Positions 55,064 through 64,000 of a stretch of DNA of 64,000 bases are shown here, piece after piece. The stretch covers positions 2,587-66,586 of the forward strand of contig JBAXRP010000001.1 of the NCBI GenBank assembly GCA_037131145.1, in the 5' to 3' direction. The notes beneath the pieces are model-generated. The model was not told the origin of the DNA, searched no databases, and saw only the letters and a list, made by a program, of their open reading frames with translations. The position numbers and the translations under genes were made by a program. Positions within the stretch are counted from its first letter, which is position 1, and each line of letters begins with the position of its first letter. This DNA is from Bacteroidota bacterium. Its GTDB lineage: Bacteria; Bacteroidota; Bacteroidia; Bacteroidales; FEN-979.

Positions 55064-56996
55064 TCCTGCCGAGGCCATCGCGGTTGATATGTACGCTCTG
55101 GTTTTTCAATTTCACATAAGATTGCTGTAAGGCAAACTGCTCCTCTGAGGTTGTTGCGGTTTCAAGTTTTTTTCGGATTTCGGTCATCATTTTATCAAGT
55201 TTCCTTGCTTTGAAGGCATGTAGCGACAGGGTTACATGCATCAGCAGCCGCGTTTCCTCGGTAGTGATCATGATGTTGTTTTTAAGCCAGTTCGGGCTAA
55301 GTTCATAAGGAGTAAACACCAGGTTTATAGCTACGCCGGAAATCCCCGGATCGCTATTGGAAAGAAAGAAATCGCGGTCGGGCATTTCATCATTTTCAGC
55401 GCCTTTTACATATTCCCCGAAAATGGTTTTGTAAACCTCATTTTCAAAATCCATTTTATCGTTTATCAGGTCGTTAACCACATAATCGGCTACCTGAACC
55501 GGCGTTTCTTCATCTTCGGTTTTGGTGAGCTTCAGGTTAATGATCTCTTTACCGTAAAGAAGCAGTAGCCGGATGATCTCTTTTTCCTGATATTCGGGCG
55601 AATCGGGGTCAATCTCAAGCTGGGGTTCGGCGGGAATCAGTTCCGGCGGAATCTCCTCCATCGCTTTATCCGGTTCCGGCGAGCTTTTACGGAGTTTATT
55701 CCGCAGGATTTTGTTCAGTTCATTCTGAAGAACCTGTTCGGAAATGGTCATGATCGCCGAACACTCCCGCACATACAACGACCGTGAAATCGGATCCGGG
55801 ATAAGACCGATAGTATTCACAATCTCCTTAATCAGCGCTGCCTTTTTGATTGGATCGCCTTGTGTTTCACCGAGCAGCAGGCGGGTTTTGAACAGGATAA
55901 AATTGACGGCGTTATCTGAAATGAAGGAGGTAACTTCCGTTGGATGATGTTTCCGGGCGAATGAATCGGGATCCTCCCCGTCGGGAAACAGCACGATCTT
56001 CACATTCATGCCGTGTTCCACAATCATATCAATTCCTCTGAAGGAAGCCTTGATTCCGGCAGGATCGCCGTCGTACAGAATTGAAATATTCGGGGTAAAA
56101 CGCTGGATCATACGAATCTGATCCTGCGTGAGAGAGGTTCCCGACGACGCCACTACATTTTCGATTCCCGCCTGGTGCATTGAGATTACATCGGTGTAAC
56201 CTTCAACCAACAGACAATTATCCTTTGAAATGATAGCATTTTTGGCAAAATAGATTCCGTAGAGGGTTTTGCTTTTGCTATAAATCTCCGATTCAGGCGA
56301 GTTGACATATTTAGCAAATGATTTATCGTTTCCGAGAATTCGTCCGCCGAAGCCGATTACCCTGCCAGACGCGGTGTGAATCGGAAACATTACTCTGCCA
56401 TGAAACCGGTCGTACAGGCGGTTTTCTTTTTCGATGGAAAGCCCGGTTTTGAGAAGGTATTCCTTTTTATAGCCATGTTGGGTGGCATGGTCGGAAAAGG
56501 CGTCCCATTTACCTGGGCTGAAACCGAGTTGAAATTTTTTTACGAGGTCGTCGCGCATGCCGCGTTCCCGGAAGTAGGAGAGACCTATTGATTTTCCTTC
56601 CGAGGTTTCATTCAGGATTGTGGTAAAGTACTGGCGGGCAAAATCGGAAAGATTATAGAGGCTCTCTTTTTCATTGAGTTCCTGAATCTGCTCCGGGGTT
56701 TGTTCTTTTTCCTCAATTTCGATGTTGTATTTCCGGGCGAGGTATTTGAGCGCTTCGGGATAGGAGAAATGCTCATGCTCCATGATGAAATTCACCGAAT
56801 TTCCGGCTTTGCCGCAGCCGAAACATTTGTAAATCCCTTTGGCGGGCGAAACAGTAAAGGAGGGCGTTTTTTCGTTATGAAAAGGACACAATCCCAGAAG
56901 GTTAACACCGCGCCGGCGTAGGTTCACGAAATCGCCGATCACCTCCTCCACGCGGGCGGTCTGGATGATAGTGTCAATAGTGTCGCGGCTAATCAT
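55050..56996 (-). CDS. dnaG: DNA primase
   Basis: 648 aa with the zinc ribbon CPFHNEKTPSFTVSPAKGIYKCFGCG, a Toprim domain (LVEGYTDV, DGDPAG) and a C-terminal helicase-interaction region. Confidence 0.93.
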   Translation of the reverse strand: MISRDTIDTIIQTARVEEVIGDFVNLRRRGVNLLGLCPFHNEKTPSFTVSPAKGIYKCFGCGKAGNSVNFIMEHEHFSYPEALKYLARKYNIEIEEKEQTPEQIQELNEKESLYNLSDFARQYFTTILNETSEGKSIGLSYFRERGMRDDLVKKFQLGFSPGKWDAFSDHATQHGYKKEYLLKTGLSIEKENRLYDRFHGRVMFPIHTASGRVIGFGGRILGNDKSFAKYVNSPESEIYSKSKTLYGIYFAKNAIISKDNCLLVEGYTDVISMHQAGIENVVASSGTSLTQDQIRMIQRFTPNISILYDGDPAGIKASFRGIDMIVEHGMNVKIVLFPDGEDPDSFARKHHPTEVTSFISDNAVNFILFKTRLLLGETQGDPIKKAALIKEIVNTIGLIPDPISRSLYVRECSAIMTISEQVLQNELNKILRNKLRKSSPEPDKAMEEIPPELIPAEPQLEIDPDSPEYQEKEIIRLLLLYGKEIINLKLTKTEDEETPVQVADYVVNDLINDKMDFENEVYKTIFGEYVKGAENDEMPDRDFFLSNSDPGISGVAINLVFTPYELSPNWLKNNIMITTEETRLLMHVTLSLHAFKARKLDKMMTEIRKKLETATTSEEQFALQQSYVKLKNQSVHINRDGLGRIIQR

Positions 56997-57190
56997 AGTT
57001 TCAGAATGGTTCGGTCAATCAGTTATTCTCAAAACGGGGTAATAAGTTTTTTGTGGAGTATTGGAGTGCAAAGATACCGGTTTGAAATGCAGTTGAGGCG
57101 CTTTCGGGGGTTTACCGGTAATTTTATCCTGATTGCTTTATATATTAACTATTTATTTGTTACTTTTGCTTATCACATTAAGCAAAAAGC

Positions 57191-58384
57191 ATGGAATCGT
57201 TATATAATTATCAAAATCAACTTGTTGCTTCAACGGAATTTTCATTTCGCCGATCGCTGGTTGATAAAATTGAGTGGGGTGAACGTTTGGTGGGTTTGTT
57301 GGGCCCTCGCGGTGTAGGAAAGACAACTTGTCTTCTTCAGCATTTTACCGACCAGCCATTTCCTGATAAGTCGAGGTTATATGTTTCCATTGATAATCTG
57401 GTAAATCCGTATCCAACAATAATTTCATTAGCCGAAGCATTTTACCGGCAAGGAGGGAAAGAGCTCATTATTGATGAAATTCACAAATATCGCGGATGGG
57501 CGGCTGAAATTAAAAATATTTATGATCTTTTTACCGATTTGAGAGTAGTCTTTTCTGGTTCTTCCCTCCTTAAAATTATGGCTGAGGGGGTTGACCTTAG
57601 CCGTCGGGCGGTCATTTATCACCTTAACGGATTATCTTTCCGGGAGTTTTTGCAAATCCGCACCCAAAAAGAGTTTTCTCGCTTTGATCTGGTTGATATT
57701 CTTTCAAACCATGAAACCATTGCGTATTCAATTCTTCGGGAATTAAAGCCACTTCAATATTTTTCAGATTATCTCAAATGGGGATACTTCCCTTTTTTCC
57801 TGCAATCAACATCAACATATCATATAAAGTTACAGGCAGTCATCAACTTTATCCTTGAAAACGAAATACCTGCCATATTCAACATCGAATTCCGCAATAT
57901 TCAGAAAATGAAGCGGGCGTTACAGATCATTGCGGCAAATGTGCCTTACCAGCCTAATATCACAAAACTCGCAGAAGCGCTTGAACTGAACCGGAATACC
58001 TTGCTTCAATATCTGGGCATTCTGGAAAAAACCGGAATTATCAACACGCTGTTCAATTCGGGCGGTTTTTACGGCAAATTAACGAAGCCGGAGAAAATCC
58101 TGTTGAACCATCCGAATATTGCATACACCCTGGCAACCGGAGAAGTTGATCCCGGCAGCATCCGTGAAGGTTTTTTTGTGAACCAGCTCATGGCCGGCCA
58201 TAAAGTTGAACTGGCAGAAAAAGGAGATTTTCTGGTGGACGAAAAATACACTTTTGAAATAGGCGGCAAAGGAAAAACCCGCAAACAAATTTCAGGAATC
58301 CCATCCGGTTATGTTGTGTTGGACGATACGGAAACCGGATATGAAAATAAAATCCCGTTGTGGTTGTTTGGGTTTTTGGATTAA
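57191..58384 (+). CDS. AAA-family ATPase (AAA_14 / DUF4143-type)
   Basis: 397 aa with Walker A (GPRGVGKTT) and Walker B (LIIDEIH). A TACTTTTG -7 box at 57161-57168 lies 23 nt upstream. Confidence 0.8.
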   Translation: MESLYNYQNQLVASTEFSFRRSLVDKIEWGERLVGLLGPRGVGKTTCLLQHFTDQPFPDKSRLYVSIDNLVNPYPTIISLAEAFYRQGGKELIIDEIHKYRGWAAEIKNIYDLFTDLRVVFSGSSLLKIMAEGVDLSRRAVIYHLNGLSFREFLQIRTQKEFSRFDLVDILSNHETIAYSILRELKPLQYFSDYLKWGYFPFFLQSTSTYHIKLQAVINFILENEIPAIFNIEFRNIQKMKRALQIIAANVPYQPNITKLAEALELNRNTLLQYLGILEKTGIINTLFNSGGFYGKLTKPEKILLNHPNIAYTLATGEVDPGSIREGFFVNQLMAGHKVELAEKGDFLVDEKYTFEIGGKGKTRKQISGIPSGYVVLDDTETGYENKIPLWLFGFLD

Positions 58385-58411
58385 GCCAATTGTATTAATT
58401 GGCCCCTGCCC

Positions 58412-61400
58412 CTACTGCTTTATTACCTTAAACATCTCCATTCTCCCTTCATGCATCACGCTTACCATGTACATGCCTGATGTCATGTCTTCAAGGGAAA
58501 CTGTTGTTTTTCCGGTCATCAAAATGCGCTTGTTCATAACTTCAGCGCCCATCAGGTTATAAATCCGGACAAGGGCCGGTGATGATGTGAACCCGGTAGA
58601 AAACGCCAAATTAATGATCCCGGTTGTAGGATTTGGATATATTTTTACAAATGATGTTTCTGAGACCATTGACGTTGGTGTAACCTCAATTTCTTTTACA
58701 ACTGCCGGCATCGATGGCGTTTGGCAAAATGGGCCGGAAGGGGAAATAAAACCATGCATATAGCCCCCTGGTTGAACAATGGTATTCGGCAAACAGGTGA
58801 TCCTCTGCCCTGCTATCAGTGTGGCACTGCCCCCTTCCTGGATCACAAAAGAGGTCGCGCCTCCTGCTACCGTTATGGAATTGGTTGCATTGTAGCATTG
58901 GTTTTGAGGGTTGATAATGATACCGGCGACATTAGTATTGGCCGGGAGCACATTCACAACCATCACTATCGTATTTGAAGTTGCCGGATTGCCGGTGACA
59001 CAGGCAGCATTGGAGGTCATGACGCATTTGACCTGGTCGCCATTGCCCGGAGAATATGTGTAGGTCATATTGGTCGCTGCGGCTACATTTGATCCATTTA
59101 CGTTCCATTGGAAGAGGGGTCCCGGTCCTCCATTGGTTGGCGATGCTGAAAAAGTTACGGGAGTGGTCGTGTAAACCGGGTTTGAAGAGGCGGTGATAGA
59201 TACTGCCGGATTTAATATAGGATTCACTACCATGGCAATTTCGTTGGATGTAACCGTCGTACCGGCAGTACAGCTATAACTGGACGTTAACATGCATTTT
59301 ACCACATCATTGTTTGAAGGGGTGTAAGAGAAGGTCCCGCCGCCATCATTGCTATACAAACCAAGTATTTCCGTGGCTGAAAGCGACCGGTTATAAACGC
59401 GGACCTCATCAATGGAGCCATTGAACGGATGGCTTGAATTAATGGTCCGGTATCCGATATCAATAAATGAAGAATGTTGAATATACTGGCTGCCCGCAGT
59501 CGTTCCCCATTCCTGCCCATTGATAAAAAACTTTAGGATCCCGTTGGCCCGTGCAACTGCAATGTGGTACCAGGTATGGGTAACAAATGGGCAATAGTTT
59601 GACATGCCGGCTAATCCTCCCCCCAGGTACATCTGAATATATCCTCCCCCGTTTTGAAAATTCAACTGGAAATTATCTAATGAAACGTTATCTACCAGGA
59701 TCATTGGATAGTTAGACAATGACAAGGGGTGCACCCAGGCAGTTATGGTGAAATCACCGGTTCCGAGAGTTGGCCAGTTGACCTGGGGAACCCGGATGTA
59801 GTTTCCGTTGCCGTTGAAATAATATGCTTTGTCCGGGCTCCCGTTATGATCCTCGGTCAATACCGGGCCATTGACGATGCCATTGTTGTTGTTCCCGCTA
59901 AAGTCATTGGCGTTGCCGGTGAACGGATAATAGGACAAGAGGTTGGAAGTATTCCCGGAACCAGTTGACACCAATTGGTTATTTACATACCACTGGTACA
60001 GTGGATTGTTTCCGCCATTCAAAGGGGTTGCATTGTATTGAACCTGTTCTCCCTGGCAAACAGTGTTTGAGGAAGCTGATATTGAAACGCCTAAAGGAAG
60101 GATCGGCTCAACAGTCATGGCCAGTGCGTTTGAAATAACAGGATTGGCAGAAACACACGGGCCGCCAGGGGTTAATACACAAGTAACAACGTCATTGGAT
60201 TGCAGGACATTGGTTGTATAAACGGCATTTGTTGCACCAGTTACAACCAAATTATTCTTTCTCCATTGATATGCAGGAAATCCTCCATTTACCGGGGTCG
60301 CCGAAAAATTAACAGTTGCCCCAACGCATACAACAACCGAAGGCTGGGCAACAATTGTTACACTGGATGTTGCCGGGTTGATTCCGGTGATGCTGCCATT
60401 GATGTCTAACAGAGGATTCGGAAATCCTTCGTTCAACAGAAGTGAAGGCAATTGAAGACTTGGGCTTGAACCCAAAACAAATGCCGGTTTAAGCGTAAAC
60501 CTCAACTTAACCAGCACACCGGCTGCGCTGAACGAATTGACTCCGGAGCCCGCGAAGATCACCTGTCCAGCAGTAGGATTGGCCACATACGACCATCCCT
60601 GGGTCAAGGTCCCATTGCTGACCAATTCGGTGAATGTCAGGTAGGTTGAATTGTAGGTAACGGTAGCCTGAATCGAATTTACGTTCTCACCGGAAGGCAA
60701 TGCTTCAATTGTGATCGGATAATAGAATTCTCCTGCTGCCGGGCACGTTGCCGTATCAGGCATCCAGACCCGGGTATCATATACCAGCCAGTTTCCGGTT
60801 GTTGCCGATGCTCCTTGTGCATCCGTGGCCGAAACGGTTACATTCCCCCCTTTGATCGTTGACATCAATCCGGTTTGATTGATTGAAGCAACCAAAGAAT
60901 CACTGACATTCCAGGTGATGGGAGGTGTTCCTCCTCCTTCCAGGGTAAACTGTTTGGTTTGTCCGGCCACCAGGGTTCCGGAAGCGGGCGTAATGGACAA
61001 TGATGGCAGGCTGACCGTTGTAAACTGTCCATTGGTGAAATTGGGCATCAGATCCTCGTTGAACAATCCATTGATGAAAGTGAGCGTGGAGGTTCCCGTG
61101 GTGGTCGTCGAAACATGGAATTTTACATAGATCAGAACACCACTGCCCGACAAGGTAGTTGTCCCGGCAAAATTGAGCGTGAAGGTTCCCGGAACCGTGG
61201 CATTGTAAACCGGCACGGGATAAGATGCCAATAACGTCCCGGCCTGAACAATTCCCACCGGAGTGAGCAAATTCGGACTGTAGCTGAAACTGAATCCGCC
61301 GGAAAAGATTTCCAGTCCGCTCAGATCGGTGGTGTTGACCGGGATGTTGATATCCTGTCCCTGGAGCTGGCTCAGGTTGGCCGGGATGGAGAGCCGCATC

Positions 61401-62101
61401 GGCCGGATCTCGATAAAACTGTTGGTCGTATCGCGCAATCCCTGGTTATCCTTTACGATTACTTTGGTGAAACCGGACTGTGTTGCAGTCATGAGTCCGC
61501 TTGAGTTGACCGAAGAAACCGCTGTGTTGGTCACAAACCACTGATAGGGCGCCACGCCCCCTGAAACCGTGAATTGCATCGTCTCCCCTTTGGTAATCGA
61601 CCCGGAATTCGGACTGATCGTGATATAAGGTGGCGTGCCGATGATGAGATATCCATTGTCAAAAGTCATTGCAGGTGTCCCTTCGTTGAAGAAGTTGTAT
61701 TGAGCATTTGAAAAATTGACCGCAATCCCCGCTGGCTGCAAAGCCTTGAAACGAATAAAAATGAATTTCCCGATCCCGGTCAGCGGTGTTGTTCCGGCGC
61801 CTGCAATGGTCACCTGTCCAGGAACTGCGGTATTTAGCGTTGGGGCGCCAAATGCATTGCTGATGGCTCCTGTTGTGATAACCGAGATCAACTGCAGGTA
61901 ATTCTGGTTGAAGGTGATTTGCAGGGTGTAGGAAAAAATATTCTGACCGGTGAGGGTGTTGTCGGCGTAAACAGGCAAGTCGATGAAATTCCCTGAAAGT
62001 GTTGTAGTGTCAGGAATCCGCATTTGAATAGTTTGGGACTTTGCTGTTTGGGTTCCGGCAACCATCCACAAAAAACCTATGATGAACAATAATTTTTTCA
62101 T
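58412..62101 (-). CDS. giant T9SS-secreted protein: 3 cohesin-like modules alternating with Big_2-like domains, Cys-containing Ig repeats, a LamG/laminin-G-like domain and a C-terminal sorting domain
   Basis: 1229 aa with a signal peptide. Cohesin-like segments include GNFIDLPVYAD...YTLQITFNQNYLQL. LamG-like motifs are FTITAWVHP and GSIDEVRVYNRSL. The C-terminus reads KIYPNPTTGIINL...GMYMVSV. Confidence 0.75.
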   Translation of the reverse strand: MKKLLFIIGFLWMVAGTQTAKSQTIQMRIPDTTTLSGNFIDLPVYADNTLTGQNIFSYTLQITFNQNYLQLISVITTGAISNAFGAPTLNTAVPGQVTIAGAGTTPLTGIGKFIFIRFKALQPAGIAVNFSNAQYNFFNEGTPAMTFDNGYLIIGTPPYITISPNSGSITKGETMQFTVSGGVAPYQWFVTNTAVSSVNSSGLMTATQSGFTKVIVKDNQGLRDTTNSFIEIRPMRLSIPANLSQLQGQDINIPVNTTDLSGLEIFSGGFSFSYSPNLLTPVGIVQAGTLLASYPVPVYNATVPGTFTLNFAGTTTLSGSGVLIYVKFHVSTTTTGTSTLTFINGLFNEDLMPNFTNGQFTTVSLPSLSITPASGTLVAGQTKQFTLEGGGTPPITWNVSDSLVASINQTGLMSTIKGGNVTVSATDAQGASATTGNWLVYDTRVWMPDTATCPAAGEFYYPITIEALPSGENVNSIQATVTYNSTYLTFTELVSNGTLTQGWSYVANPTAGQVIFAGSGVNSFSAAGVLVKLRFTLKPAFVLGSSPSLQLPSLLLNEGFPNPLLDINGSITGINPATSSVTIVAQPSVVVCVGATVNFSATPVNGGFPAYQWRKNNLVVTGATNAVYTTNVLQSNDVVTCVLTPGGPCVSANPVISNALAMTVEPILPLGVSISASSNTVCQGEQVQYNATPLNGGNNPLYQWYVNNQLVSTGSGNTSNLLSYYPFTGNANDFSGNNNNGIVNGPVLTEDHNGSPDKAYYFNGNGNYIRVPQVNWPTLGTGDFTITAWVHPLSLSNYPMILVDNVSLDNFQLNFQNGGGYIQMYLGGGLAGMSNYCPFVTHTWYHIAVARANGILKFFINGQEWGTTAGSQYIQHSSFIDIGYRTINSSHPFNGSIDEVRVYNRSLSATEILGLYSNDGGGTFSYTPSNNDVVKCMLTSSYSCTAGTTVTSNEIAMVVNPILNPAVSITASSNPVYTTTPVTFSASPTNGGPGPLFQWNVNGSNVAAATNMTYTYSPGNGDQVKCVMTSNAACVTGNPATSNTIVMVVNVLPANTNVAGIIINPQNQCYNATNSITVAGGATSFVIQEGGSATLIAGQRITCLPNTIVQPGGYMHGFISPSGPFCQTPSMPAVVKEIEVTPTSMVSETSFVKIYPNPTTGIINLAFSTGFTSSPALVRIYNLMGAEVMNKRILMTGKTTVSLEDMTSGMYMVSVMHEGRMEMFKVIKQ

Positions 62102-62111
62102 ACTATTTCGT

Positions 62112-64000
62112 TTACCTCGTTAATTGCAGAATCTGTGTCTGAACAAAGCCATCCGCCATCATCCTGATCAGGTAGGTTCCGGGTTTAAGGTTCAAGGTTG
62201 TGGTGGAGATGGATACCGTATACTTGCCTGTGGACATCAATCCATCGGCAAGCGTGGCCATTTTTTGTCCCATCATGTTAAATATTTCTATTGTAACATG
62301 CTTATTGTCTCCGTTTAAAAACCAGGTAAGCATCGCGTTTCCGGTGGTTGGGTTCGGGAAAACCGGGAACATTTTGTCAGGCGCATCATCGTTCTTTCCC
62401 TGGATGCCGGTCAACAGGCCATGAATGGCAACGCTTCCGCTCAAAGCGTTGGCGGTCAGATCGGTTTCATTGGCCAGGAAAGTATTGACGGTTATTGGTG
62501 TTGTTACCGACTGGTATGGCTGACAACGAGCAACGAAAGCGACCATAGCCAGCGTTGTATCCATGCTTAACGGAATTGTGCCTGCCAGGGCCATGGTGAC
62601 AATGCCGTTGATGCTGTCGTTGCTGAAACTGAAATTCATCCCCTCGATAAGGTTGGCCACATTTTTAACTTCCAGGTAAGCCGGATCATATTTCAGGCAA
62701 ATATCGTCGGATACCATCCCGGAATCATTGATCACCCTGACAGGGACATTCACCTCCTCCCCGCTGGTTGCCGTGGCATTGCCCACCATGAGCTGAGGAT
62801 CGGATAAAATAGCGTTTGCCGCTTTAAGCAACTCCGCCGGGAAAAAGTTGATCAGCCCGACCGAGTATTGCAGGATGAGCGAAGCATCGTATGCGGTAAT
62901 CCCGGCAGTTCCGCTCGTATTGGCCACCAACTGCTGGGTACTGTTCAATGGGATCAGGCCAACCGCGTATTTCAACACCAATGAAGCATCATAAGCTGAA
63001 ACAGTGCCGTTGAGGCTCACATCGCCCATCAGCGGCGCCCCAGCGCCATTGGCTTTCCAGGGAGAGTAATCAACCATGTCGCTGACCACATCCCCGGTAC
63101 CTCCCGGATTTCCCGAATGGGTTGGCCCTGTGTTGCTTCCCCACCAGCAGTTTTCGGCGTTGATGTTGAAGGCGAGGCCGGCGTTTTGGATGCCATATAA
63201 TTCATTTCCATAGATATCGCAGTTGTTTACCAATGGATCGGATGCTCCATTGGCCAGGATTCCTATCTTGTTTTTATAAATGGACGTGTTCAGTATAGAA
63301 GGACTGGCGCTGTTCAGGGTAATCCCCGGATAGGGTCCTCCCCAATTTGAAGGATAATTGAAACCAGCATACCGGACAATACAGTGATGGAGTTTGCAAA
63401 GAGCGTCATTCGACTCGTTCTCAAACACCAATCCGGTCCAGGGATAGCGATATCCATAAACAGAGGAATAGTAAAACCCCGGCTGACTTAAGGTACTGTC
63501 AGAATTGGTATCACCACCATAGAAATCGTCGCGGATGTCGGTGAAAACAATGGTGCTGTCGGCAGTCGATCCGCCGATGGCCATCATGCCTTTCTTAATG
63601 TTGAGTCCCTTTTGATCATTAAATTTAAGAACTACACCAGGTTCGATCGTCATTACTGAACTTGTGCCGATTATAAAATTATCATGGAAATAGTAAGGAA
63701 TGTTCACCTGGCTGCCAAATGCCCGTTTTGGCAAAGTGATATTCTGCGCCATTGTTTCCGCCTTAACGCCAAGCGCTTTATAGGTTGTACCCGAGATGAT
63801 ATTTCCGGCAGTTGACGCCGGATATGATACGAGAGAAAACTCAAGAGGAGTGTAGGTCAGGTTGTGAAATGTGCAGGAATCAACCACCGGCTGGGAATTC
63901 CCGGCCATGTTTATCCCCCGGTTGTCCTTTTCAAACCGGCTGTTCCTGATGGTTGGCGAGGACTGCTGAATCATGATCGCATCATTCTGGTATTTAAAAA
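62112..64000 (-). CDS. T9SS-secreted right-handed beta-helix protein with a dockerin-like pair, a cohesin-like module and a C-terminal sorting domain (partial; N-terminus outside the window)
   Basis: The frame stays open from 63974 to the window edge (..FKYQNDAIMIQQ). It has PbH1-type repeats and two dockerin-like segments (GDVSLNGTVSAYDASLVLKYAVG, TSGTAGITAYDASLILQYSVG). The cohesin-like segment reads GEEVNVPVRV...CLKYDPAYLEV. The C-terminus reads VFPNPTTGNAML...GTYLIRM. Confidence 0.75.
   Translation of the reverse strand, partial: FKYQNDAIMIQQSSPTIRNSRFEKDNRGINMAGNSQPVVDSCTFHNLTYTPLEFSLVSYPASTAGNIISGTTYKALGVKAETMAQNITLPKRAFGSQVNIPYYFHDNFIIGTSSVMTIEPGVVLKFNDQKGLNIKKGMMAIGGSTADSTIVFTDIRDDFYGGDTNSDSTLSQPGFYYSSVYGYRYPWTGLVFENESNDALCKLHHCIVRYAGFNYPSNWGGPYPGITLNSASPSILNTSIYKNKIGILANGASDPLVNNCDIYGNELYGIQNAGLAFNINAENCWWGSNTGPTHSGNPGGTGDVVSDMVDYSPWKANGAGAPLMGDVSLNGTVSAYDASLVLKYAVGLIPLNSTQQLVANTSGTAGITAYDASLILQYSVGLINFFPAELLKAANAILSDPQLMVGNATATSGEEVNVPVRVINDSGMVSDDICLKYDPAYLEVKNVANLIEGMNFSFSNDSINGIVTMALAGTIPLSMDTTLAMVAFVARCQPYQSVTTPITVNTFLANETDLTANALSGSVAIHGLLTGIQGKNDDAPDKMFPVFPNPTTGNAMLTWFLNGDNKHVTIEIFNMMGQKMATLADGLMSTGKYTVSISTTTLNLKPGTYLIRMMADGFVQTQILQLTR

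Noticed and set aside
57006-57317. A 103-aa plus-strand ORF overlapping the start of the AAA ATPase gene.
   Set aside because: It runs through the dnaG/ATPase divergent promoter region, which contains both -7 boxes, and is out of frame with the ATPase. There is no supporting motif.

Overview
This 64-kb window looks like a Bacteroidota chromosome. The evidence is several secreted proteins with T9SS-type C-terminal sorting domains, a GldH-like lipoprotein, and TAnnTTTG -7 promoter boxes close to starts. All product calls rest on motifs read by eye; no homology search was run.

Most of the window is housekeeping: purH, mreBCD, folB, glnS plus tRNA-Gln, gltX, ybeY, mnmG, asd, pepO-like, thpR, rpiB, lutB-like, nadA, an rluB-like gene and dnaG. 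There are three tRNAs (Cys-GCA, Gln-CTG, Ala-GGC).

Four things stand out:
1. A roughly 10-kb minus-strand redox cluster at 21.3-31.2 kb. It encodes a 7-haem membrane cytochrome c, a cytochrome b, a Tat-exported 4-cluster ferredoxin, an NrfD-like membrane subunit, two monohaem cytochromes, an outer-membrane barrel and a 6-haem lipoprotein with a collagen-like linker. A Crp/Fnr regulator and perfect FNR boxes accompany it, and no catalytic reductase is present. I read it as a candidate trans-envelope electron conduit.
2. Two canonical parS sites bracket mnmG.
3. A 475-bp AT-rich intergenic region at a gene-orientation switch (46.2-46.7 kb) is packed with a DnaA-box-like 9-mer. It is a candidate oriC or an operator array.
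4. Adjacent giant T9SS proteins at 58.4-64 kb carry cohesin-like and dockerin-like modules.

A small dispersed inverted repeat family with core AAATTCCAA occurs in three intergenic spots. I saw no CRISPR array, rRNA gene, transposase or integrase.
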